A DNA stretch of 64,000 nt. Source: Macrostomum lignano. Its lineage: Eukaryota. Both the position numbers and the translations under genes were made by a program. Below, in pieces: positions 1 to 11,337 of this stretch. Numbering within the stretch: the first letter of the stretch is position 1; the number at the start of each line of letters is the position of its first letter. Under the pieces are notes generated by a model. It saw nothing but the letters and a program-made list of their open reading frames with translations, ran no database searches and was not told the origin of the DNA. The DNA lies in assembly GCA_002269645.1 (NCBI GenBank), contig NIVC01001935.1, positions 1 through 64,000 of the forward strand, written 5' to 3'.

Positions 1-779
1 CCTTATATTTACTTTTGCTATTATGGTATTTGTGCACCTTTTGTTTTAATCTTTATTTCATGTAATGATTTTTTAAATTCAATCAATGCTTCAAATTTGT
101 AGCTAAAATTAAAAATGAAACATTAGGAATAATAACCATGAAAATAAAATGAGTGTTATAAACAATTTTGTATGTTGTAAATTATTATATATCCAAAGTA
201 AAATAAATAACTTGATTATTATTATATAGTTGTAGAAGAGACTAAATTTGAAATTTACTTTCTCTATTGTAGGCCCTATAGTTTAAAAGGTGACATATAC
301 ACCAGATTTCCTAGCTTACAACAAAGGTCTTATCATTTTTTAGCATACATCAAAATATATCCTAGTATATATGACACAATAGATACATTGTGTCAAATGA
401 CATTTTTTGTATTGGTGCACAAACCTGGCATACAAATGAGGTCTTGTCATTTTTTCTAGCATAACCTGGCGTATACAATATACAATCTGAACTATGGCCT
501 AGGCCCCCTACATGGAAATCTTTTTGGCATATAGCCTAGCTAAAAGATAGGAGGGTAGTCATTTAAGAGCTGCAATGCAGCCCTTATCCCCTGCTTTTGC
601 ACTATTACTAAATACTAAATATTATTATTAGAATATTAAATTTATATTATAATTTATAATAAATAAAAGCTAAAAGTCAAAGAATAAGAATATATTTATG
701 ATTGCTAGATCTATTTAATATCCATGGCTATTAAATAGCCTCCTATTTATTGAAAATTAAAATAAAATATTAAACTTAC

Positions 780-898
780 TTTCCAATAATTTCAAGCATT
801 TGATATACATCATCAAACAATACTTCTTGATCAACAGATGGACTGGGACCAGAATTTAAATTGGGCTCATGGTGGCTGTTTCCTTGATGATATTCCAT
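780..898 (-). CDS. CASK: Probable first coding exon of CASK/LIN-2 (CaMK-like domain N-terminus); gene continues beyond the left edge
   Basis: Manual translation MEYHQGNSHHEPNLNSGPSPSVDQEVLFDDVYQMLEIIG(K) matches the CASK N-terminus pattern VLFEDVYELCEVIGK. The exon ends GGA AA|GTAAGT (phase-2 donor at 779-774). It is too short for the ORF track. Confidence 0.75.
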
Positions 899-2941
899 TG
901 TTAAATGGTTTGAAATGTAGAATAACTTTATTATGTAAAAAATAAAGGTTTAATCAAGGTTTTAGGTCTACAGTAATGATCTGATTCAGTAAATAAAACT
1001 AGGACTTAGGCCTACTAAAAATGAAAATTAACGTATGTGGCTCTCAATAATAGTCAATATCATAGGCCCTAGAAAATAACAGGTATTATTAATTTATTTG
1101 TCTTTTTACAACTCGAAAAAATCGAGAAATCAGTCAAAATGGTTTTATTTATCAAAACTTTGGCTTGGGCCTTGGGCCTCGTCCGTTAGGCCTAGTGAAC
1201 CCAAACAGAATTTTAAAAAAGACCAACACTGGAGGGACTGCTGTACAACAGAAACAAATATATTTACAGACAAGTGAACAAGTAGAGCAATCGGAGTAAA
1301 GATGTCTTCCACTAGACTCTTTAGTCATGCAAACTGATTGATTGATTGGATATTAATTTACCGACATTCAGACCGTCGACGATTCAAAAAACGAGTGTTT
1401 TTTAACAAATATGCTTAATGCAGACTGCATTTAAGCGTCTTTTTTGCATACGTAAGCTTTTTTTGATGCAAAAGTTTTTATTTTTATGCTAAAATTAAAG
1501 AAAAAATAAAAAAGACGGTCCAGCAACACCAAAATATCAGCAAGTTTTTACAGTGTGTAAGAGAATTTCCCAAACTTTTTGAACAGAAAATAATTTATAC
1601 ACATTCACACCATTTATTTCCATTTGTTTCCTACTCAACTCTCTAAGTCGACAAAGACACTCCGCTCTGTGTAACTGTCGACAGTTAATTTCAATGTAAA
1701 AGCACACCCAGCTTTTAATTTACATCGCGAGCGCTCCTAATCAACGTTTATAGTCGGAAAAAATTGCGCTTGAAGTGTTTCTGCACTGAAATTAGAAAGG
1801 CCTCGATAATACATCAGATTTTTGTCGCATCACAGTGTTGCTCTCTTTTGTCTGAGTGCTTGATATCAGTAGTGACAATTTTTACGCATGCCTCTTGTGA
1901 CGTTGCTAGTTTAAAGTGGTCCCGCAAAAGGGCCGTTGGACTACAATTTTCCCTTACAATTTCTCATTTAAAATTTCCAATTGTGTATTCTCACGTTTAC
2001 TTGTAGTAGCGCGCAACTAATCTGTATCAATTGCTAAATCATTGCGTACTTTGTAAGCGTTGCGTACGGCTGTAGGGTCTCGCGCGATCGATAATTTCTG
2101 TTTCTTGTTTTTCCCTCGCCAGCCAATGATAACTCTACGCATATATTATGCTAACCCTCCTGCGCTCCTTTATTAACCCCGCCTGGCGGCAGGCTGGGGG
2201 TTTTTTCACTTTCCTGTCCGTTCCTCCCTTTCCTTCCTTTCTTTTTGGCGTTTCTTCGTGGCCTCTTGTTTTCCTTCTCTCTTCTTATCTCTCGCCACGG
2301 CCCCCTCTGTCTGGGCCAGCCTGTTTACGCACTCTTACTCCACCGTGTACTGCCACGGGCTAACGCCCAATCTCGCCACTACTAGTCTGCCTGTCTACTT
2401 GCTACTCACTGCCATCACTGTGCTCACCGCCATCACTTACCACGTTGCGTCGCCACTGCATCTTTCGTCAACTACTTGACTTCATAACTCCAATTACATT
2501 CAAAACCATTGTTGCAGCCGCCAGTGCCCCAGAACGCTATAAGTTTTGTATTGACATTAATCAATCATCATATTAATAACGATAATAAATAGCATACGGC
2601 AGTCCCCTGCCTTTATACGCCAAGTGCTCCGCTACACAATCCGCTTCGCAAGAATTGACTTCACAATCTCGTCAAAACGGCCCTTTTAAGGGTTGTAGTC
2701 ACCACGCCAATAACGTGACACTCTAACCTTTGAAATGAAGCCTTTGGGGGCTTAAAATTACTAAAAAGTTTTTCCTATAGTTAAAAGAAAACTAGGAGAC
2801 AACACAACAGGAACAACCTGTGTTTGGATACAGGTTGAGAGACAGGACTTTGATAAAGCCTCCCATGCGTTTCATTCCGGGAAAGGGAGGAAAGTGATGT
2901 CTGCACTTTTATGTTTATGGTCTAAACCAAAGATTATATAT

Positions 2942-3002
2942 CCCAGGTTTTAAGGGCGATAATGGGAAAGCCAGAGGGCGCCGAAGGCCCTTAAAGCCTG
3001 GG
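2942..3002. repeat. Short inverted-repeat structure abutting the Helitron 5' end
   Basis: cccaggttttaagggc (2942-2957) pairs with gcccttaaagcctggg (2987-3002) at 15/16. Confidence 0.6.
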
Positions 3003-4000
3003 TAATCCATCCATCCGTCCATCTTATATACTAAATCTGAAAATGTTTGTAACTTTGTTTATAAGTTTCGCATCTCCTCTTGAACCACTTGGTAGATTTT
3101 CGTCAAATTTGTTTCATTCGATGTGGAATTCTACTGGGACCATGTGGTCTAATTTTCATTTTGATGTCGTAGTGTGAAGCCTCTCAAATTGGAGAAATAC
3201 TGTATTTCGCCTATCTAATTAGTGTATTTTTCTCGCAGTCAGAGTTAAATTTTCAATTTTATATCTATGGTGGTCCGTGAAGTTGACTACGCGGCCGCAG
3301 CATCAGCAGCAGCAGCAGCGGCGGGTGGCACGAGACCAGCGTCCAAGTCGCGCCCCTGGACACCCCGCCAATGTGGCAGGAGCTCCGTGCGTCCCTGCCA
3401 TCGACGGGGTGACGAATTGGTCTCACCTCCGGGTATGCAGCCTGGGAGAGCTGTCCCCCAACGTTGGGTTGGCGGTGGATGGCGGTTTTTACAGCGTAAG
3501 TCGGTCTTCGGAGGAGCCCTGCGCACCGGGACTCGGGTCCCCACGCTCTCTGGCCACCCGCCGCAGGCCGCAAATTGGATTCCGCCGTCTACTGCCCGCC
3601 CGCGCAGGGTCAGCGCCCCGGCTGCATGGGGCTACGCCCCCGGTCCTATTAGCTACGTCTAGCTACAATGTCCGTGACCCGAAAAAGAAAGAAAGAAAGC
3701 AGCAGCGGCGGCTCGAGTCTAAATAAAGTCTTTCAATATATAAAGCTAATTATATAGTGTATTTTTCTCGCATTGATTTTATAACCTTGAAGTTCTTTAA
3801 GGTGAGTTCAACCGGTGAGTTCAACCGGTGAGTCTGTTCAACTTCGATTCATTCGTATTCGTGCTGGATTGGAGTGATTTGTCTGATCTTCTGTTTGTTG
3901 TTCGATTATTTGTCGGCCTGAACCGGTTGACCGGTCTCAAAAATTTCATGTGAATGTGTCTCTTAGTTTTTGATACCTGGGCGCGGGTGTGCTGTCGCTC

Positions 4001-5473
4001 ATGCCGAAGAGGAAGCGAAAGAGTGAGTTAGTAAAGAGTCGGGAAGCAAAATTGCGTCGTCGGCAGGAAACAGCGGAGGAGCGTAATTCGCGGCTTGAGA
4101 AACAACTAGAGTATAGTCGGAAGCGTATACAGAACGAATCCATAAGTGCACGGTCTGACAGGTTAGATGCCGCGCGTGTTCGCGCGGCTGAAAGGCGAGC
4201 TAATGAGTCAGACGCAGGGCGTTTCTCTCGATTGAACGCCGCACGTGCCCACGACGCCGATATGCGAGCTACTGAGACAGACGCAGCACGCGCCTCAAGA
4301 TTGGATGCTGCGCGTGTTCGCGCTTCGAAACAACGTGCCACAGAGACTGACGCAGTGCGCGCAGACAGACGGGACGCAATTGGTATTCATGTCGCTAATA
4401 AACGCGCTACAGAGACTGATGCTGTACGGCATATCCGTGGCGGATGTTGTGGCGACTTTCGGCAGCTGCTGCCGGTCGTAAAACATGGAACACGCGCAAA
4501 CAATGTAATCGCCTGTGTAAGTCGATCAGCTCTGTGGTTAAAGTTTCAAAGACATCACTTGACACGAAACATTCGACTTTTTAACAGTGGCTCTGTCGAT
4601 CAATCGGCAAACTGGTATGCTGAGTTTCTACTTCAGGTAAGTTACTTTCGAATTATTGAAAGCAGGATGTGACAGTGGGTCTCATACTTTACTCTATTTT
4701 GTTTCTAACCATTTTAGGTTGGCGAAGGTTCGATACCGAGTGATTCAGACGCCAATATCGTGCTACCACCCGAAATCGTTTTGCCTGGTGACGCTACTGT
4801 TGTTGATTTGATCCGGCTTGTATACCCAACGTTCGCTGGGATCGAAAACAGGGAGAAGTTTTTTGAGAGCCGCGTCATTTTAGCTCCACTAAACGACTCC
4901 GTTGATAAAATTAACGATGCATGTTTAGATTTATTTCCAGGCGTTGATCGCGAATATAGATCAATTGACAGTGTCGAGGATGAGGATGACTTGACGCACT
5001 ATCCACCTGAAGTGCTGAATAGTATGGACGCACCTGGATTGCCAAAGCATCGGCTTCGTCTCAAATGCGGGATGCCTGTAGTTCTACTACGAAACTTAAA
5101 CCCACCACGACTGTGCAACGGAACACGATTAATCATTAAGGAATTGCGAAACAATATCTTACAATGTCAAATTGCTGCTGGTCAATTCAAAGGCGAAACA
5201 GTTTTGTTGCCGCGCGTACCATTGATACCAAGTAATTTGGATCTACCTGTTAAGTTCAGAAGGCTACAATTTCCTCTACGACCCTGTTTCTGCATGACTA
5301 TTCATAAAGCACAAGGCCAATCCCTTGACGTAGTTGGAATTGACCTTGCAGGTAGCTTTTTTGCGCATGGACAGCTCTACACTGCACTTTCCAGAGCAAA
5401 AAATGTTTGTAATGTTCGAGTTCGAATGTGCGGCGAAAGAACCAAAAATATCGTTTACCCAGAAGTTTTTTGA
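4001..5473 (+). CDS. Internally deleted Helitron RepHel: N-terminal Arg/Glu/Ala-rich repeats fused in frame to the C-terminal half of a Pif1 helicase (exons 4001-4636, 4718-5473; 463 aa)
   Basis: Pif1 motifs GDFRQLLPV, LLRNLNPPRLCNGTRL, RRLQFPLRPCFCMTIHKAQGQSL and HGQLYTALSR. GT-AG intron 4637-4717 gives LLQ|VGEG. No Walker A/B or HUH/Y2 Rep motifs are present. Confidence 0.8.
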
Positions 5474-5726
5474 ATTGGACGTCTTTATTATCTATTAATA
5501 ATTTTTTACAATTCAATTTAAAAAAAATATGTTGCTATTTTACTACGAGCCACGATTAAATATTGAAAGTGCATGCTGTCACGCAAAACGTCTATGAGAA
5601 AATGTGTGTCCTGAAACTGTATTTTTCGCGGAATGCATAAGCTTGAGATGCATTTCTAGCTTAAGATGAATTTCTAGCTGCAAGTAGTAAATTCCATTAA
5701 ATTTGTCTTCATCGTTATGTTAAAAG

Positions 5727-6765
5727 ATGGCAAGCAAGCTAAGCAAGTTAACGATTTCTTCTCTCTCTGTCGGTCCCATGCGCGGCGTAGTCTCCGGAAT
5801 TACTTCGTTAAGAACTGAGGTAAGCTTCCATAATTTGCTATTTTGCTTCATATATATACTTTTTTTATAAAATCAATCCACTTAAACAACATCGTTTTTA
5901 CTAAACCAGATTAGGGATGGCAAGAAGAACAAATGGTTTTCGTTTTTGATGTCAGATGAGTCAGGTGAAATCAGAGTGGCAGTTTTTGGCGATGAGTTGC
6001 AAGAACACTGGAGCATTTGCGAAAACGGGCAAACAATCTCCATCCGTGAAGGAATGGTAAAGTGTGCTAATCCAAAATTCAACCGAACAAGCAATATGCA
6101 TGAAGTTACTCTGTCAATCAATGAGGATAACAAGGACTCTCTCCGCCAGTGTAGCGATGCGATAGTTCCCATAAATGGTCCGTTCAAAGCGCTCTCCGAA
6201 CTACCAAGAATTGGAGTGAATGGGTAAGTCCATCCTCAAAATGTAGAATAAACAGGAAGATATATATACTTCACACATTTTCATTCTTCATATTTTCAGT
6301 TTTGTTGATGTTCTCGGTGTCATTGTCAAAGTGGAACAACCCGTTGACGTCAACACGCGTTCCGGAAAGTTGGTGCAGCTCGCAAAAGTCTGCATCGTAG
6401 ACAAATCTGGTTTTCAGACTTTTTGCAACTTCTGGGACGCCTCTGCTACCCAGGTACATTTGTGGAGACCAGGAGACGTAGTCGCCATTAGAAAAGCCAA
6501 GATTCAAGAGTACGCCGGCTCGCTTTGTCTTGGTTGCTCATCATCAACTATTTCGTATTCGCCTGTTCACGACACTGCTCAAGATCTGAAAACCTGGTAC
6601 GAAGAGTCCGAGAGCAGCACCCAATTTCTACCGCTAGCTAATAGCTCAACTATGGACATTACTGACACCGCAGCTGACGACGTGCTTGCATTTGAATTCC
6701 CAGCGTCGATGCAGCCGCATATCGACCGGATGCGTCGAGTTGTTATCCGCTGTGGAGCGCAACGG
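5727..6765 (+). CDS. Helitron-borne RPA70-like ssDNA-binding (tandem OB-fold) protein; exons 5727-5819, 5910-6223, 6300-6765, 3' end uncertain
   Basis: WFSFLMSDESGEIRVAVFG resembles RPA70 DBD-A. FVDVLGVIVKV...IVDKSG...NFWD...VVAIRKAKIQEYAG resembles DBD-B. GT-AG introns keep the frame. Confidence 0.7.
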
Positions 6766-7488
6766 GTACTTATATATACATATGTATATTAACGGGTATG
6801 ATTTGACTTTTTAATAGTTTGTACTTGAAGAACACATTAATACACTTTCCATTTTAGTACGTCGGCCTGTTGAACATTTGTAACGAATTCCTATGAAAGA
6901 TGGAAAGCTTACGGTAAAATCCCTGAAAAATACGGGAATCTGCTACAACCCCAAGTAACCGAGGATATTTTATGGTTAAATAATTATTTAGGATATGCTG
7001 CAAGTAATTTTAGGTTGCTGTTTAAGTTAATCGTTGTCGATTACGTTAAGATTCAATGCTGCTGAAAATTTCAATTTGCTAGATCAAACTTTTGTTCTCA
7101 AACTTTCAAGCAAATTAACTACTACTTAAATTTGTTCCAGAATTTTTAATCGAATAAAACTAAACTAACCCAACTAACTAAACTATACTAACTAACTAAA
7201 TTCACCCGCAAAAATACAATTGTAACCTTATGCCGCATGCTAAAAGTAATAATTAAAAGCGAGTCTCTGAAATAAAAAGTGATAAGTTTGCCCGCAATAA
7301 CTTCAACATGTCCATGGTCGGATGCTTTTCTTACTTGTTCTGTATATCAGCATACTTTTGAGTACAAAATGGACGTCGGTTTTATTTGATTGTTAATTTA
7401 GGCCTTAAAAATCCAATGGAAGATTGCGTCTAATCCAAAGAGAACTGTACAGTCTCCCCCCGAAGGAGGGGCAAATTCTCTAGTTAAT

Positions 7489-7844
7489 TCTCTAATTTCT
7501 GTTTGTCTGTTTGTGTGTCTGTCTGTCTGTAACGCTCTACAGATTGGTAGCTTTGATCAATTTTGATCGCGTTTTCACATAAATATTTCTCTTTTAACAA
7601 GGATGATACCATTAGTTTTTAGTGTGTTTATGATAATTCTGAGTACAGTAAAATGTCGAAAAACTGTGTTTTTCCTCTTTAAATAGTGTATTTTTCTGGC
7701 AGTCAGAGCTCAAATTTTAGTTGTTTGTTTATGGTTCTATTAATCTTAGTCTGTTCTATTAATAATTCTAAACTTTGCTTTTGCTGTAACCTCAGTTCTG
7801 TGCAACCTTTTTTATGCCACCCGGAGGGGGGGCTATTAGGCTAG
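7489..7844 (+). mobile_element. Small non-autonomous Helitron-like element in tandem with element 1
   Basis: (ctgt)n after the 5' end; shares the motif agtgtatttttct-gcagtcagag with 3221-3245 and ~24070-24095; ends in a GC hairpin plus CTAG|T at 7841-7845. Confidence 0.55.
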
Positions 7845-8279
7845 TAATATACTACTGCCGTATTACAAAGTGGCCTATCTAGAGAATATAAGATCTATGG
7901 TCTAAACACACAGACTTTGAGAGTGCTTAATATTCACTTTGCTACTTTGTGTTGGTTAGGCTTCGAGCCTGAGTGTTTGCCTTTACATTAGACGTGCGCT
8001 GAAAACATACGATCCGAACACAACACAAAAACGTGGTATCCCACTGCTGCACATTTCAACCCAACAGGAGCACGCTCGAATTGTGAGTTTACTGATAAAC
8101 GCAGAAGCTGCAGTTGTTGATCTTCAAGATGATGGGACATCGGCATTCCACTTGGTGTCGCAATTTGGTCACGAAACGGTGGCTGATTTCTGCTCCAGGT
8201 CAGTGCAACATTCAATATTCAGCAGACCACGGCCGATCGCCTCCGCGATCGCCTCCTCACCAGGCCAAGAAAAAGGCTA

Positions 8280-8965
8280 CCTGGAGGAACTAGCCATCAG
8301 GTCTTCTGGACCAAAGAGGAACCGATAAGGCTGTACAACTTCTATGCCCCGCCTAAGGGTAGCGGACCGGACCGAGCGGTGGGCAATCTGATCAGCATGG
8401 AAGAAGACGACTGGGGGGCTCTGGCTAGGCGACGCCAACGCCCACGGCTCCAGCTGGGATCTGGACGCGAGGACTGACAGCCGTGGCGAGAGGATCGAGG
8501 AGTGGATAGCCAACAGCAGCAACATCCTGCTTAACGACGGTACGCCGACCAGGAGAGCGAGAGGGACCGAACACCCCAGTGCACCAGACATTACGCTGTG
8601 CAGCAAAGCGGCTTTCCGTAGCTGGAACCCAAGCTGGACGGTTGCAAAAAGATTAGGATCTGACCACGCACGGATCCTGGTCAGAGGAGGTGCTAAGCAC
8701 GCCCAGGCCGTAGTCCAAGAATGCCTGGTGTGGTGCTGGGCGAAAACGGACTGGGAGGTGTACCGGCGAAAAGTGGCGGATAGCATCAACCTTATGGAGC
8801 AAGGGAAGACGGCGGCGGTGGACAAAGGAAGGCTCAGGTCGGTAATATTGGAAGCAGCGTACAGCAGCATCGGCCTGGTTAAGATCAAGCGCTTTGAAAA
8901 GACATCGCTGAGCGAGCGTGTTGCCGAGCTCCTCGAGAAAAGGGACAGGAAGGTGTTGCGCATTT
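8280..8965 (+). pseudogene. Non-LTR retrotransposon AP-endonuclease fragment (frameshifted)
   Basis: Manual translation gives IRLYNFYAPP, LGDANAHGSSW, SRGERIEEW, NDGTPTR, PDITLC and LGSDH, all APE-type EN motifs. No RT follows. Confidence 0.75.
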
Positions 8966-9046
8966 GTTCTATTGCGTTCAATGACTCGAATGCGCAGCAC
9001 TATATTTATACCGTTCTAAATAGCACCCTTCTTTTTATAATACTGA

Positions 9047-10340
9047 TGTTATAATGTAACTAGAAGAAATAAATAATATACAAGAGCGAGGAGCCCGGCT
9101 AGAAAAGGGCATCAGATTCATAAACCATATCTGTGCCTCATTGAATATACAACATGGCGTCGCGACGCGGGAGAGTAACCTCAGCGTCACCTCCTAGTGG
9201 ATTAACCGTGCCGACAGCAGAGATGCCTAAGATCGACATCCGCTCAGTTCCAAAATTCGACTATTCGACTTAGAGTCGCAGAGGAACTTGTTTTCTCAAT
9301 GGATGCAGACATGACAAAGTTTCGAGATTATCTCAGGACTAGCTGACCTAGGAGAGAGTGCCCGGAAGAAACGGCTACGACTATGCGCTCTTCAAACTGC
9401 CCTTAGCCTAGAAACTCTTAAAGTTGTGGAGAATCTGCCAAACCTTACTGAGAAGACAAAAAACGACCCTGACAGTATCCTGAAAGCACTCGAGTCATTC
9501 ATCACGGGTGAGAGAAACGAAACTTGTACGTAGGGAATTTTGGCTACGCAATCAGCAGGCCGACGAATCTTTTAGCAACTGGTTTCTGACACTAAAAGAA
9601 ATCGCCAGCAGCTGTAACTTTGCTAAGGTGTTGCGCCAACTGCGAGGCCTATCAGTTACGAGATCGAATCGTAACTGGACACCGAGATAGCAAAGTAGTA
9701 GAGCGACTGTTAGAAGAAGGGAACAGCCTGACCTTAGATAAAGCTAAACACATATGCGAATCGGCAGAGTCTTCAAAGAAGAAGTGCGCAATCATGACAG
9801 GCGAACACGATTTTTATCAGCCATACGAGGCCAGTCAACATATCGAAGAAGTAAGTCAACCGTAACTCGTTTAGCAGCAGACGGCTCGGACAAGGCAAAG
9901 CCGAAAAAGCACCAAATGCCAATAGACCGTGCAAATTCTGCGGGCGCCTACATGAGCACAAAAAAGTGCCAAGCGCGGAAAAATACTTGCGCAAAATGTG
10001 GCAAAGCCAATCACTTTGCCAAGCAGTACACATCAGCGAAAACAGGAAGAGTCAGCACAGTTGATTCAGAGTTAGTAGCGATATTAGCAGCTACTGAAAA
10101 CCAGCCCCAACTGGTAAAAATCAAAGTAAAGTGCTAATCTACATGTTCCACATTACACTTCCTACCTGACACAGGGGCCAGCATCAACGCCATCTCAGAA
10201 AAAGAGCTTCAGCTAATCGGTGAAGAACCGGAGAACCTACCAGACAGCGAGATTCGACCAAAATCAGTAGATGGACGTGAACTAGTGAACCTCGGGAGTC
10301 TAATGGTTGAAATGCGCATGGGAGCGACAACTCAACCAAC
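9047..10340 (+). mobile_element. Degenerate Ty3/gypsy 5' portion (possible LTR, PBS, gag, CCHC knuckle, protease)
   Basis: ...TACAACA|TGGCGTCGCG LTR/PBS-like junction at 9154. Gag-like NQQADESFSNWFLTLKEIASSCNF and LRDRIVTG; CAKCGKANHF knuckle; PDTGAS protease motif; stops and frameshifts. Confidence 0.7.
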
Positions 10341-10499
10341 ACTCAAATTTATGTCACAACTGGACGCTGTCGCTGTGCGATGCAAGAATTCTGGGATTGA
10401 ATCTAGACAAGAAGTGTCAGCCCTGAAAAAAGTTGGAGAACGTTGCGGTTGCAAACTATGATGTGGAATCGATGAATCGATGCGATTTTTGATCGAACA

Positions 10500-10861
10500 G
10501 CTCAGGCTTTCTTTGGTTAGTTTAAAGGGTCGCCGCTACGACATCTCGCTTGTACGGCAATCAGCATTGCTCTATCTGATCAGTAGTTCCGCCTACTCGT
10601 AACTTAAAAAACTTTTGCCGTTGCCTCATCCCAGAATTCTGCAACTGCAACTCGTCGGTACTGGGGAAGTTGGAACAGAAACTGATGCAGCACAACTGAT
10701 TCCGTCTGTTTTCCAGCCTATCAGAAGTGCAGCGTTTTGATGTTTGACGAAATTTATGTTCAGCCGTCAGTTCGATTCCGCTGCCGCCATCTTATGGGAC
10801 GATCAGCTGACGATCCGAGCCAGGCGGCTCGTACAATTTTAGCTATAATGATCAAGCCTTT
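10500..10861 (+). pseudogene. P-element/THAP9-like transposase fossil (resumes at 16683-16722 after the retrotransposon)
   Basis: AYS*LKKLLPLPHP and FDEIYVQPSVRF...ARTILAIMIKPL join across the insertion to FG*RPFIIRLLP. Confidence 0.6.
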
Positions 10862-10962
10862 GCCGGGGCTGTTGCCCCCAGGACCCCGGGTCCTGCACGT
10901 AATGGCGTGGTGAACTATCTGTGCAGTATGAGACTGGTATGGCCTTTATCCCAGCCAGCGAT

Positions 10963-11109
10963 GCTCACACCTGCCTCCCCTGGCGGGCTGATAGCTCAAG
11001 AGACTCTGTCTCCTGATTTTCACCTTGCAAGGCGCACTTCGAAGGGTACTCGTCCCGTGGGTGTTAAGGCAGGCCCCCTTGGGCCCTGCCGAGCTGATTC
11101 GTTGGCGCC
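10963..11109 (+). ncRNA. Predicted HDV-like self-cleaving ribozyme in the retrotransposon 5' UTR
   Basis: Manual fold: P1 GCUCAC 10963-68/GUGGGU 11057-62; P2 CGAA 11040-43/UUCG 11098-101 plus GGCGC 11031-35/GCGCC 11105-09; P3 GGG 11044-46/CCC 11054-56; L3 UACUCGU; P1.1 AC 11048-49/GU 11063-64; P4 11068-11090; J4/2 GCUGA with putative catalytic C11094. Confidence 0.75.
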
Positions 11110-11337
11110 GGGTCCTGGTGTGACCATAAACGCACCCTCTAATGTCCCAGTGTAACTCCGTGCTGATGGACGCTTGGCCAGGGAGTAGTCTGGTCGCTAA
11201 CGGTTCCCCTTGCGCTTTTGGGTCCCCCCGCAGGGTGGTATTTTGCTTTTTGGGGGCCTGCCGCTTGGTTTGGGGTTGCGGCCTTGCGGCTCTTTGCCTG
11301 TGTTCTGCAGGAAGTCCCACCTTTTTACTTCCAGCCA

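Larger units (their letters stand above)
3022..7483 (+). mobile_element. Helitron-derived element 1 (Rep-deleted, carries an RPA70-like gene)
   Basis: 5' end A|TCTTATATACTAAATCTGAAA at 3022. 3' GC hairpin (ctccccccgaaggagggg) followed by CTAG|T at 7480-7484. Contains Pif1-helicase and OB-fold coding exons. Confidence 0.75.
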
